26,951 bases of DNA from an uncultured bacterium (GTDB taxonomy: Bacteria; JAJVIF01; JAPKYR01): assembly GCA_965369865.1 (NCBI GenBank), contig CBDURU010000039.1, forward strand, positions 1-26,951, given 5' to 3'. Both the position numbers and the translations under genes were made by a program. Under the pieces are notes generated by a model. It ran no database searches, had not been told where the DNA came from, and saw only the letters and a program-made list of their open reading frames with translations. This document shows positions 1 to 6,725 of the stretch, one piece after another. How positions within the stretch are numbered: position 1 is the first letter of the stretch; each line of letters opens with the position of its first letter.

Positions 1-176
1 GGCAGGTTTTAGGAGGGTCTGATACGAATCGATATTTAATTAATGGGATTAGTCTAAGCCCTCCAAATTTTTAACCCCTCACGTCATGTGAACCCGTATC
101 CGATGCGGGGTTACCATCTAAGTTTCCATCGACCCTTATTTTACTGGTATTTAACCACCTTTGTGAGAGGTGAAAT

Positions 177-872
177 ATGAAGCCGAATTTTAGAATTGTC
201 ACAGGAATCCTCATTATTTTTGTCCTTTCATTGCTGGCCTGTGCACCCGGGGAATATAAACCATACCCGACATACCCGTCGGGAGGGGACTATGATTACG
301 GTGGCGGCTCGTACGACCTGCCGGATTATGTCCATGATGCCCTCGGTGAATGGGAAGGATTCATGTGGGAAGAGTACCGCTCGGATCACCGCCCGCTCGG
401 TAAGAAAAAAGTGGCCGTCAGGATACAGTACAAAGATTCGACATATTCATCTTCCGGATGGCGCGACTGGGTCAGGGTGAATGTCCTGATCGACGGAAGG
501 CCCGCAGCATCGACAATCGAGGAAGTTCGCAGCGGGGGTTATATTCATCTGGAAACTTACCAGGGTGATATTGACCTCGACCTGAGAGGCTGGTTTCGAC
601 ATAACAAAGCCAATGGTGATATCGATCTTGTTTGGAATGAGAAATTCGATTACCCCTGGGGGGGCACTGATTTCTACCGTGTCCGAATTGCAGGTGATTT
701 TGAACTTGGGCTTGTGACCCATCTACACTGGGCATCAGCCTGGGAGCTGTTCGATACATACGGTGATGAAATCTGGGACCTTCCTGAAGAAACCTGGCAT
801 GAAGCTACCCTTGACGGGATGGAGTATCTTGAATCAATTGAAGAGACTCTGGTCAGGACCCCGGTAGAATAA
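177..872 (+). CDS. Hypothetical lipoprotein, Tyr/Trp/acidic-rich
   Basis: 231-aa ORF. GAGGTG SD precedes the ATG. Basic N-terminus, hydrophobic stretch and lipobox LLA-C at Cys22. No family recognised. Confidence 0.75.
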   Translation: MKPNFRIVTGILIIFVLSLLACAPGEYKPYPTYPSGGDYDYGGGSYDLPDYVHDALGEWEGFMWEEYRSDHRPLGKKKVAVRIQYKDSTYSSSGWRDWVRVNVLIDGRPAASTIEEVRSGGYIHLETYQGDIDLDLRGWFRHNKANGDIDLVWNEKFDYPWGGTDFYRVRIAGDFELGLVTHLHWASAWELFDTYGDEIWDLPEETWHEATLDGMEYLESIEETLVRTPVE

Positions 873-894
873 AAAAATCCCCCATTACGGGGAC
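871..894 (-). terminator. Intrinsic terminator for the minus-strand peptide operon
   Basis: Minus strand reads GTCCCC-GTAATG-GGGGA followed by a 7-T run, about 70 nt downstream of the 967 stop. It overlaps the stop codon of the convergent 177-872 gene. Confidence 0.6.
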
Positions 895-966
895 ACGTAA
901 CAGATGATCTTATCATCACCGGGATAATAACCCATCTAACTTAACCAGGCTGAGAGTCCATTGGAA

Positions 967-1203
967 TCAAGCGATGTCCGGTCTTGGCCCAAAGAGATTA
1001 TCAAACCATTCATCCCAGTCGATTCCATCTAGAAGACAATCGAACCACTCATCCCAGTCAATGCCATCAAGCATGGTATTGGGTCCACCGGAAACCTGTA
1101 TCAAAGGTTGTGAATCCACGGGATCCAGGCTATTAGTCATTGCATTGGCCATCGGGCCGGTCAGGACCAGGGCTATTAAGAGTGTAATGATCAGGTAGCG
1201 CAT
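967..1203 (-). CDS. Small secreted peptide (78 aa) with tandemly duplicated LDGIDWDEWFD core
   Basis: AGGAG SD 6 nt upstream of the ATG. Sec-type signal peptide ending in A-N-A. The two repeat copies differ only synonymously over 11 codons, which supports translation. Confidence 0.78.
   Translation of the reverse strand: MRYLIITLLIALVLTGPMANAMTNSLDPVDSQPLIQVSGGPNTMLDGIDWDEWFDCLLDGIDWDEWFDNLFGPRPDIA
994..1071 (-). repeat. 2 x 39-bp intragenic tandem repeat (LDGIDWDEWFDCL / LDGIDWDEWFDNL)
   Basis: Copies at 1033-1071 and 994-1032, read directly from the sequence. Confidence 0.9.
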
Positions 1204-1212
1204 GGTTTTCTC

Positions 1213-1317
1213 CTAATCAAGCCATGTCCAGCGATCCGGATATTCCCAGATTCCCGGTAGAGGGAGGAAATTTTCGAGAACTTCCGGTTCCTGGTTCAGG
1301 GTTTTTTCAGTTTCCAT
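1213..1317 (-). CDS. Small ORF (34 aa) METEKTLNQEPEVLENFLPLPGIWEYPDRWTWLD, not in the ORF track
   Basis: Translated by hand. GGGAG SD 8 nt upstream of the ATG. It lies between a consensus promoter and the 78-aa gene, and its TAG overlaps the AGGAG SD of the next ORF. Confidence 0.55.
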   Translation of the reverse strand: METEKTLNQEPEVLENFLPLPGIWEYPDRWTWLD

Positions 1318-1325
1318 AGTAAGTA

Positions 1326-1350
1326 CTCCCTTTAACTCCTGTTAAAGGAG
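1326..1350 (-). promoter_or_regulatory. 5'-UTR hairpin occluding the SD of the 34-aa ORF
   Basis: Perfect 8-bp stem CCTTTAAC (1329-1336) / GTTAAAGG (1341-1348) with a 4-nt loop, extendable with one bulge. On the minus strand the 3' arm contains the GGGAG SD. Confidence 0.5.
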
Positions 1351-1365
1351 ATTAGGTTGGCTTAA

Positions 1366-1394
1366 ATTCTATCAGAATTGATTAAATCTTTCAA
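1366..1394 (-). promoter_or_regulatory. Sigma70-type promoter for the two-peptide operon
   Basis: TTGAAA-17 bp-TAGAAT with an extended -10 TG. The palindrome AATTCT-atc-AGAATT (1365-1379) overlaps the -10 element. Confidence 0.6.
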
Positions 1395-1496
1395 ATTAGT
1401 GGTTATTCTTTACTGAACTTTATCAGTATTAATATTCGTCAGGGAATGAGAAAGGTTGAGGGGTAGTATGAAAAAATAGGGGATCGAGCCAGAAAT

Positions 1497-1816
1497 ACTC
1501 GACATATATCAGTCAGTACCGCGTACGTTATGTCACAATCAGTACCGCCAACGTTAGTGAGCGGCCTGCCAACTGGAATTTCAGCACATGGCAGACTACA
1601 TATATCACAATCAGTACCGCGACCGTTATGTCACAATCAGTACCGCGACCGTTATATCACAATCAGTACCGCGACCGTTAGTGAGCGGCCTGCCAACTTA
1701 GTGACTCGACATATATCACAATCAGTACCGCGTACGTTATGTCACAATCAGTACCGCGACCGTTATATCACAATCAGTACCGCGACCGTTAGTGAGCGGC
1801 TTACCAACTGGAATTT
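1497..1816. repeat. Hierarchical array: 8 x 26-bp unit (TATRTCACAATCAGTACCGCGACCGT) in three blocks (2+3+3)
   Basis: CAGTACCGC cores at 1514, 1540, 1612, 1638, 1664, 1723, 1749 and 1775. Each block closes with GTTAGTGAGCGGCYTRCCAACT. Confidence 0.92.
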
Positions 1817-1902
1817 TGGTGCCGGAGGTGGGACTTGAACCCACATGTAGTTGCCTACGGCAGATTTTGAGTCTGCTGCGTCTACCATTCCGCCACTCCG
1901 GC
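1817..1902 (-). tRNA. tRNA-Leu (anticodon CAA), 86 nt, encoded CCA
   Basis: Reverse complement GCCGGAGTGGCGGAATGGTAGACGCA-GCAGA-CT-CAA-AA-TCTGC-CGTAGGCAACTACAT-GTGGGTTCAAGTCCCAC-CTCCGGC-ACCA folds into a cloverleaf with a long variable arm. Confidence 0.97.
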
Positions 1903-1917
1903 ATAAATATCATGCCC

Positions 1918-1946
1918 ATTCTACTTTGATATTCAGTAATCCGCAA
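1918..1946 (-). promoter_or_regulatory. Sigma70-type promoter for tRNA-Leu
   Basis: TTGCGG-17 bp-TAGAAT ending 15 nt before the tRNA 5' end. Confidence 0.6.
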
Positions 1947-1956
1947 TCTGAAAAAT

Positions 1957-1986
1957 CTGACCCGATTCCCAGGTTCCTGCTATACT
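1957..1986 (+). promoter_or_regulatory. Possible extended -10 promoter for 2047-2715
   Basis: TGcTATACT at 1978-1986; weak -35 CTGACC at 18-bp spacing. Confidence 0.4.
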
Positions 1987-2046
1987 TCCTGACAGATATC
2001 GTGTCGTATTACTGAAAAAAATATTAACTGAGTAACGGAGCCGCAT

Positions 2047-2715
2047 ATGTTTAACACCAGAACTTTATTCCTTCTGATTTCCATCCTGGTAATCCTCTCT
2101 GTTAATTCCTGCGTTCAATCCGAAACACAGGTAACATCCGAGCAGGAGGAACCGGGTACCGCTGAAACGACATCGGAAGCTGAACAGGAACAATTCCTGG
2201 CCGCGGCTATCCTTGCCAAAAGGTTAGCCCTTTATAAGGAAGCTGTCCAGGAGGGCGATATGGCTCCGTTCACCGTATTACCGGAATTGCTTGTAAATTC
2301 CGACGTTCCCAGGATAGCTGAGGATATTAATGAACTTTGGTGGGAAATGGACTGGGAGGGAGCACACCTTGCACCGCTGCCCCCTACCGAAATAACCGCA
2401 CTTGAAGCGGTAGTTTTTCCTTACATAGTAGCCAGAATTGATGATTTTGGCGATGACAATGAATGGGTTCTGTTTACGCTGGGATACGATCCCGATGGAC
2501 TTAAATATATTATCGCTGAGGCACATGAAGAATGGATACCCGAGGAACGGGGTTTTTTCCTGGGATCGAGGACAAAAGGTTGTCTCCAGGTCTGGTGCGG
2601 GAATTTTAACGGTGAGTGGAAGATCATAGCCCACATTGAATGTCTTGGCGATTTATCCGGTCCGGATTCGCCTGATATTCCCTTCCCGCTCCCGACTGAA
2701 TCAGTTAACGATTAA
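2047..2715 (+). CDS. Hypothetical exported protein / lipoprotein
   Basis: 222-aa ORF with GGAG SD. Hydrophobic signal ending in VNS-C22 (weak lipobox), followed by an acidic linker. No family recognised. Confidence 0.7.
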   Translation: MFNTRTLFLLISILVILSVNSCVQSETQVTSEQEEPGTAETTSEAEQEQFLAAAILAKRLALYKEAVQEGDMAPFTVLPELLVNSDVPRIAEDINELWWEMDWEGAHLAPLPPTEITALEAVVFPYIVARIDDFGDDNEWVLFTLGYDPDGLKYIIAEAHEEWIPEERGFFLGSRTKGCLQVWCGNFNGEWKIIAHIECLGDLSGPDSPDIPFPLPTESVND

Positions 2716-2736
2716 GTTTCATCAGGGTAGGGGATT

Positions 2737-4422
2737 CTATAACTCCTCTTGATCGGCTACACGCCGTAATACGAGAAACTCATTCGTTTCAAACAAATTG
2801 ACCGCTGGTTTCATCATGATCCTGTGCATAAACAATCCATATGCTATTGCCACAGGCATCAGCAGATAACCCAACCATTGAATCCCTGCGATGTAAGGCA
2901 GTAAAACCATTGCGACAGGTGGGATCATCGAGATAACGAGTACAATCGTAAATCCCACGTTGACCAGTCCAAGGATCACCGTCGTCCGGAGCGTGACTGA
3001 CGGTTTATCAAGGGGCATCCAGTATGGCCAGATCAGCGATACGGAGTTTCCAAATGCGAGGATAAGAAGAAACATCACCAAAAGCAGGATGAACCACGCG
3101 AAGAACGCATAGAGTTCCGGGAAGTAAACCCGTAAAACTATGCTGAGAACTATTGAATCGAAAAGAAACAATCCCCCAAGAAAAATATTTTTTCCCATGA
3201 GAAGATGACGTCGCGGCGTTGGGAGCACGAGAAGGTTGCGGATGTTACCCCCTTCAAAGCCGAATTGGTTCCCGGTGAATAACATCCCCTGGGCCGCCAT
3301 TATGAAAACCACCATTCCGACAGTATATATTTTGACAATTGCGGCAAGTTCTTTGTGTTCACCGATCTGTATTGCGTTTTCAAGGTTCCAGTGCATGGCC
3401 AGCAGAATGATCACCGGCGCGAGTGTCCCGGGCAGGACCTTATAAATGAAAAAATACGGGCTTCTCGCCCAGAATTCGAGCATGTCCTTTTTATATAATG
3501 CCACAGCTTCCGGCCCGAATACCGGTCTTAGTTTCCGTGCCAGTTCGCCAAAGAGCTTTGAAACCGGGTCGGGCCCATCCCTGTGCCGGTGTTTTAAACC
3601 GGATTTCTTTAAGGTGTCCGTTTCCCATAAATATGCGACCAGGATGAAATTAAACAGGAGTACTCCGAAAGTCCACGCACCGAAACCGATAAGCGATCCC
3701 GGTATCGCCCTGAATTCACCGCGCAGGTAGTCATCAAGCGCGATTGCAATCTGGCCGTATGGGTATGGGCGAAACAGTTCGACTCCATCCGGTACGAAAA
3801 ATATGAACCAGTTGAACATCTGCGCGGGATGCGGGATTAGTCCTGTATACAAAAACAGCGCCCAGATAAACAGGCCGATTATTATAACCATCCCGGCCGA
3901 CACCAGGTTCAGCCTCGGAAGAAGTATATACAGCGTGTTTACGAGTGTTTGCCCCGATACAATGAGTAAGAACGTAAGGGCTAGAATTAAAATGATCCCC
4001 ACCAGAAGCTGGTCGGGACCAGGTCTGAACGCGAGGAATACCGCGATGAAAGCTGTCAATGGGAGAAGGACGCTGATATCGAGAAACGCGCCGAGTAAAT
4101 TTGACCAGTAAACCTTCCAGGAGGGCAGGGGATATTGCTTTAACCTCGCCATATCGTAACTTTCATTCGTTCGATATCCCACAAGCGGTATTAAAAACCA
4201 GGACAAAAAAATGAGCGCGAACAGGTCGCAGAAAATATTCTTGGAGCCCCAGCGGCCGAATCCATAGCTTGCGGCAAAAGCCAGAATAACTACACAAAAT
4301 ACCAGCCAGAAGAAAAAAACCAGAAAAAATAGCAGGGTTTCGAGCGATGCCGTCGTGCTGCGCGTGTACATGCGCCACGTCAGGGTCATTTTCCATTTCA
4401 GAAGATGACCAATTTCTCTCAC
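2737..4422 (-). CDS. ABC exporter permease (long multi-TM, ABC-2-like)
   Basis: 561 aa with about 12 or more hydrophobic segments. Motifs LKQYPLP and LLVLPTPRRHLLMGKN are typical of ABC-2-like permeases. The GTG start overlaps the ATPase stop (GTGA). Confidence 0.8.
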   Translation of the reverse strand: MREIGHLLKWKMTLTWRMYTRSTTASLETLLFFLVFFFWLVFCVVILAFAASYGFGRWGSKNIFCDLFALIFLSWFLIPLVGYRTNESYDMARLKQYPLPSWKVYWSNLLGAFLDISVLLPLTAFIAVFLAFRPGPDQLLVGIILILALTFLLIVSGQTLVNTLYILLPRLNLVSAGMVIIIGLFIWALFLYTGLIPHPAQMFNWFIFFVPDGVELFRPYPYGQIAIALDDYLRGEFRAIPGSLIGFGAWTFGVLLFNFILVAYLWETDTLKKSGLKHRHRDGPDPVSKLFGELARKLRPVFGPEAVALYKKDMLEFWARSPYFFIYKVLPGTLAPVIILLAMHWNLENAIQIGEHKELAAIVKIYTVGMVVFIMAAQGMLFTGNQFGFEGGNIRNLLVLPTPRRHLLMGKNIFLGGLFLFDSIVLSIVLRVYFPELYAFFAWFILLLVMFLLILAFGNSVSLIWPYWMPLDKPSVTLRTTVILGLVNVGFTIVLVISMIPPVAMVLLPYIAGIQWLGYLLMPVAIAYGLFMHRIMMKPAVNLFETNEFLVLRRVADQEEL

Positions 4423-5174
4423 TCCGTGTCAACCCTCCCGGCACCGACAAGTTTAAGAAATACTTCCTCAAGGGAGGCATTATCCCCACACGACGCGTCA
4501 CGTCTTATCGAATCCAGCGTTCCGCGCGCAAGCAGCTTGCCCTTGTGGATGATCCCAAGTTCGCGGCTTACTTTTTCGACAGTTTCAAGGACGTGCGATG
4601 AAAAGAACACCGTATGTCCGTTATCGACCATGTTATTCAGGGTGGTTCGGACCCTGGCCGATGTGCTCGCGTCGATACCGCTGAACGGTTCGTCAAGTAT
4701 GATTACTGGCGGTTTGTGAATAAGTGCGGCGGCAAGGGACGCTTTTTTCTTCATCCCCATTGAGTATGTGCCCATAAATTTATCGGGATCGAGATCCAGA
4801 AGCTCAAGAAGTTCCTTTGTGCGGGTTTCGATAAATTTTGAGGGCAGGCTGTACATCTGCCCGACAAATTCAAGGTATTCCCTTGCCGACAGCCTTTCAT
4901 ACAGAACCGTCTCCTCGGGCATTAACCCGACATTTTTTTTAACCTCAAGAGGTTCCTTCGCGATATCGTAACCGACAACTTTTATCGATCCACTGGACGG
5001 CTGGATCAGTCCGACGATTGTATTTATCGTGGTCGATTTCCCCGCGCCGTTCGGACCGACAAATCCGAAAAAAGTGCCTTTCCTGACAGTCAGGTCCAGG
5101 CCGCGCACCGCGTATGTGTCGCCATATCGCTTGTGGAAATCGGAAATCTCGATTGCGAAATCATTCGTGCTCAT
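4419..5174 (-). CDS. ABC transporter ATP-binding protein
   Basis: Walker A GPNGAGKST, signature YSMGM, Walker B IILDEP, H-loop SSH. Confidence 0.95.
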   Translation of the reverse strand: MSTNDFAIEISDFHKRYGDTYAVRGLDLTVRKGTFFGFVGPNGAGKSTTINTIVGLIQPSSGSIKVVGYDIAKEPLEVKKNVGLMPEETVLYERLSAREYLEFVGQMYSLPSKFIETRTKELLELLDLDPDKFMGTYSMGMKKKASLAAALIHKPPVIILDEPFSGIDASTSARVRTTLNNMVDNGHTVFFSSHVLETVEKVSRELGIIHKGKLLARGTLDSIRRDASCGDNASLEEVFLKLVGAGRVDTE

Positions 5175-5282
5175 GCGTTTACACTTTCAGCTTCTGTTTT
5201 CATTGATTGTGTCACAAAGGGGATACTTAATTCAAGGAGGGCAGGCGATGACAGACCTGTTTATTTACCTTTACTTCACTGA

Positions 5283-5414
5283 TGTCCAATATAGTTGTCC
5301 TATATAAATAAAAGAAAATCCGAGATAAAAAAAAAGAAAATCCGAGATAAAAAAAAATCCGAGAGATAACCATCCCCCCACGGAGCGAAGCGACGTGGGG
5401 GGATTATAGGGGGG
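5283..5414. repeat. Intergenic direct repeats plus an 11-bp GC hairpin
   Basis: AAAATCCGAGA at 5315, 5337 and 5354. TGTCCWATATA at 5283 and 5296. Stem ATCCCCCCACG (5372-5382) / CGTGGGGGGAT (5394-5404) with loop GAGCGAAGCGA. Confidence 0.8.
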
Positions 5415-5428
5415 TATTTGCTTAACTA

Positions 5429-5457
5429 TTGTATAGTCTATCCGATATCTGTATAAT
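5429..5457 (+). promoter_or_regulatory. Sigma70-type promoter for the GNAT gene
   Basis: TTGTAT-17 bp-TATAAT, 20 nt upstream of the ATG. Confidence 0.6.
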
Positions 5458-5477
5458 ACCATCGGTGAAAATCAAAT

Positions 5478-5900
5478 ATGGGAAACCTTGAAATCCGACC
5501 CTACGAGTCCTCCGACCAGGCTGAGATCATCCAATTATGGCATGATTGTGGCCTTTTAGTCCCATGGAACGACCCAGTGAAAGATATCGCCAGAAAATCC
5601 CTCGTACAGCCTGAATTATTCCTCGTCGGGATACTCGATGGAAAAATTGTCGCATCGGCTATGACTGGCTATGACGGCCACCGTGGATCTGCATTTTACC
5701 TGGCTGTCTCTCCGGATCACCGTAGAAAAGGATTTGGCAGGATTTTAATGGATCGGGTTGAGTCCGGACTCCGGAATCTCGGCTGCCAGAAGATAAACAT
5801 CCAGATAAGGGGTACTAATCTCGATGTCAGGGAATTTTACGAATCACTGGGTTACAAAGAGGACGATGTAATCGGCCTGGGAAAGCGTCTGGATGATTGA
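5478..5900 (+). CDS. GNAT family acetyltransferase (YpeA-like)
   Basis: PWNDP..DI, GYDGHRG..YLAV, acetyl-CoA motif A RRKGFG, and N...FYESLGY. Confidence 0.9.
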   Translation: MGNLEIRPYESSDQAEIIQLWHDCGLLVPWNDPVKDIARKSLVQPELFLVGILDGKIVASAMTGYDGHRGSAFYLAVSPDHRRKGFGRILMDRVESGLRNLGCQKINIQIRGTNLDVREFYESLGYKEDDVIGLGKRLDD

Positions 5901-5931
5901 ATGTTAAAACGAGGGTAGGGTTACACTTTGT

Positions 5932-6327
5932 TCATTCGATACGACGGAGGGTAATTGGCCCAGATACCCTGCCATGCATGAAGTAATCGATTGTTAATAT
6001 CCCGTCAATTTTATTGAACGATGGATTTACCGTTCCGTTAATGGAGGGAGTTTCTTCGTCTGCAGATAATACACCGAATTGAATACCCCAGCCATTGAGG
6101 GTAACTGGTCCATTGTATCGCACCTCGCCGTTCTGTAGATCGCAGAGAGCGCCGGAGCCTCCAGCATAAAATTCAACTGAAATAACAGCATTAGTAACTG
6201 CAACATTTGAGTATGTACCTGTCCATTTTCCTACTAGCTTTGATCGTGAAGGGAATATAAAGTAAATCGCAAATCCAATTATAAGAATTACAATGATTGT
6301 AATAATTACTTTGCCTGGTGCTTTCAT
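5932..6327 (-). CDS. Hypothetical protein with an N-terminal membrane anchor
   Basis: 131 aa with GAGGT SD. One N-terminal TM, then LVGKWTGTY and beta-strand-like sequence. Confidence 0.7.
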   Translation of the reverse strand: MKAPGKVIITIIVILIIGFAIYFIFPSRSKLVGKWTGTYSNVAVTNAVISVEFYAGGSGALCDLQNGEVRYNGPVTLNGWGIQFGVLSADEETPSINGTVNPSFNKIDGILTIDYFMHGRVSGPITLRRIE

Positions 6328-6383
6328 AATCTACCTCTTGCTAGTTGAATTAGCCTACATTGGGCCTCTGTTTAGCTAAGCTC

Positions 6384-6587
6384 CTATAGGTCCTTGATCC
6401 GATAAAAAGTTGGATTTTCCCTTATGTCTTTAATAGTTGCATCGAGGTATTCATCATCCAGAACAGCTTTACTAATTGCTCTTAAAACCTCACGTAGCTT
6501 AGGTTCCCTTCCAAGGGATTTATTTAACTCTCGTGTAACTTTTTCTTTAAGGAGAGTAAATATTGCATCTATCTCATCATATTCCAT
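6384..6587 (-). CDS. Small hypothetical helical protein (67 aa)
   Basis: Charged, amphipathic-helix-like sequence, co-oriented with its neighbours. Weak SD. Confidence 0.55.
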   Translation of the reverse strand: MEYDEIDAIFTLLKEKVTRELNKSLGREPKLREVLRAISKAVLDDEYLDATIKDIRENPTFYRIKDL

Positions 6588-6725
6588 TGGTTAGCTCAAC
6601 ACCGTAATCAAGTTTCTCTCAATGATAGTAATTTTTGTAAAAATTGTCTATCTTTGAACATGATTATAAATCAAGCTGATGTTGCTCTGGCTCCCGGAGT
6701 GGGAGTGAGACCTGGGCTCACGACC

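Noticed and set aside
1..176. Riboswitch upstream of the lipoprotein
   Set aside because: Several imperfect hairpins are present (about 88-114, and CACCT...AGGTG over the SD), but I recognise no aptamer consensus.
312..329. HA-tag-like YDLPDY in the lipoprotein
   Set aside because: Partial match within a Tyr/Asp/Pro-rich linker; no other sign of engineered sequence.
1497..1816. CRISPR array
   Set aside because: Units are directly tandem with no unique spacers, and there are no cas genes in the window.
1497..1816. DnaA boxes or matS sites in the array
   Set aside because: TTATRTCACA has one base too many for TTATNCACA, and only a GTCAC half of matS (GTGACRNYGTCAC) is present.
1..1816. Integrase-type island at tRNA-Leu
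   Set aside because: No integrase and no duplicated tRNA 3' end found within the window; cannot be excluded beyond position 1.
1530..1946. ORFs 1530-1838 (+) and 1737-1946 (-)
   Set aside because: They are read-throughs of the non-triplet 26-bp repeat and overlap the tRNA; no credible SD.
5271..5462. 63-aa minus-strand ORF
   Set aside because: Its Phe-rich sequence is the translation of poly-A repeats, and it runs through the GNAT promoter.
6653..6680. Additional inverted dif-like site (also considered near 5420-5447)
   Set aside because: Only a partial XerD-like arm; the opposite arm does not match.
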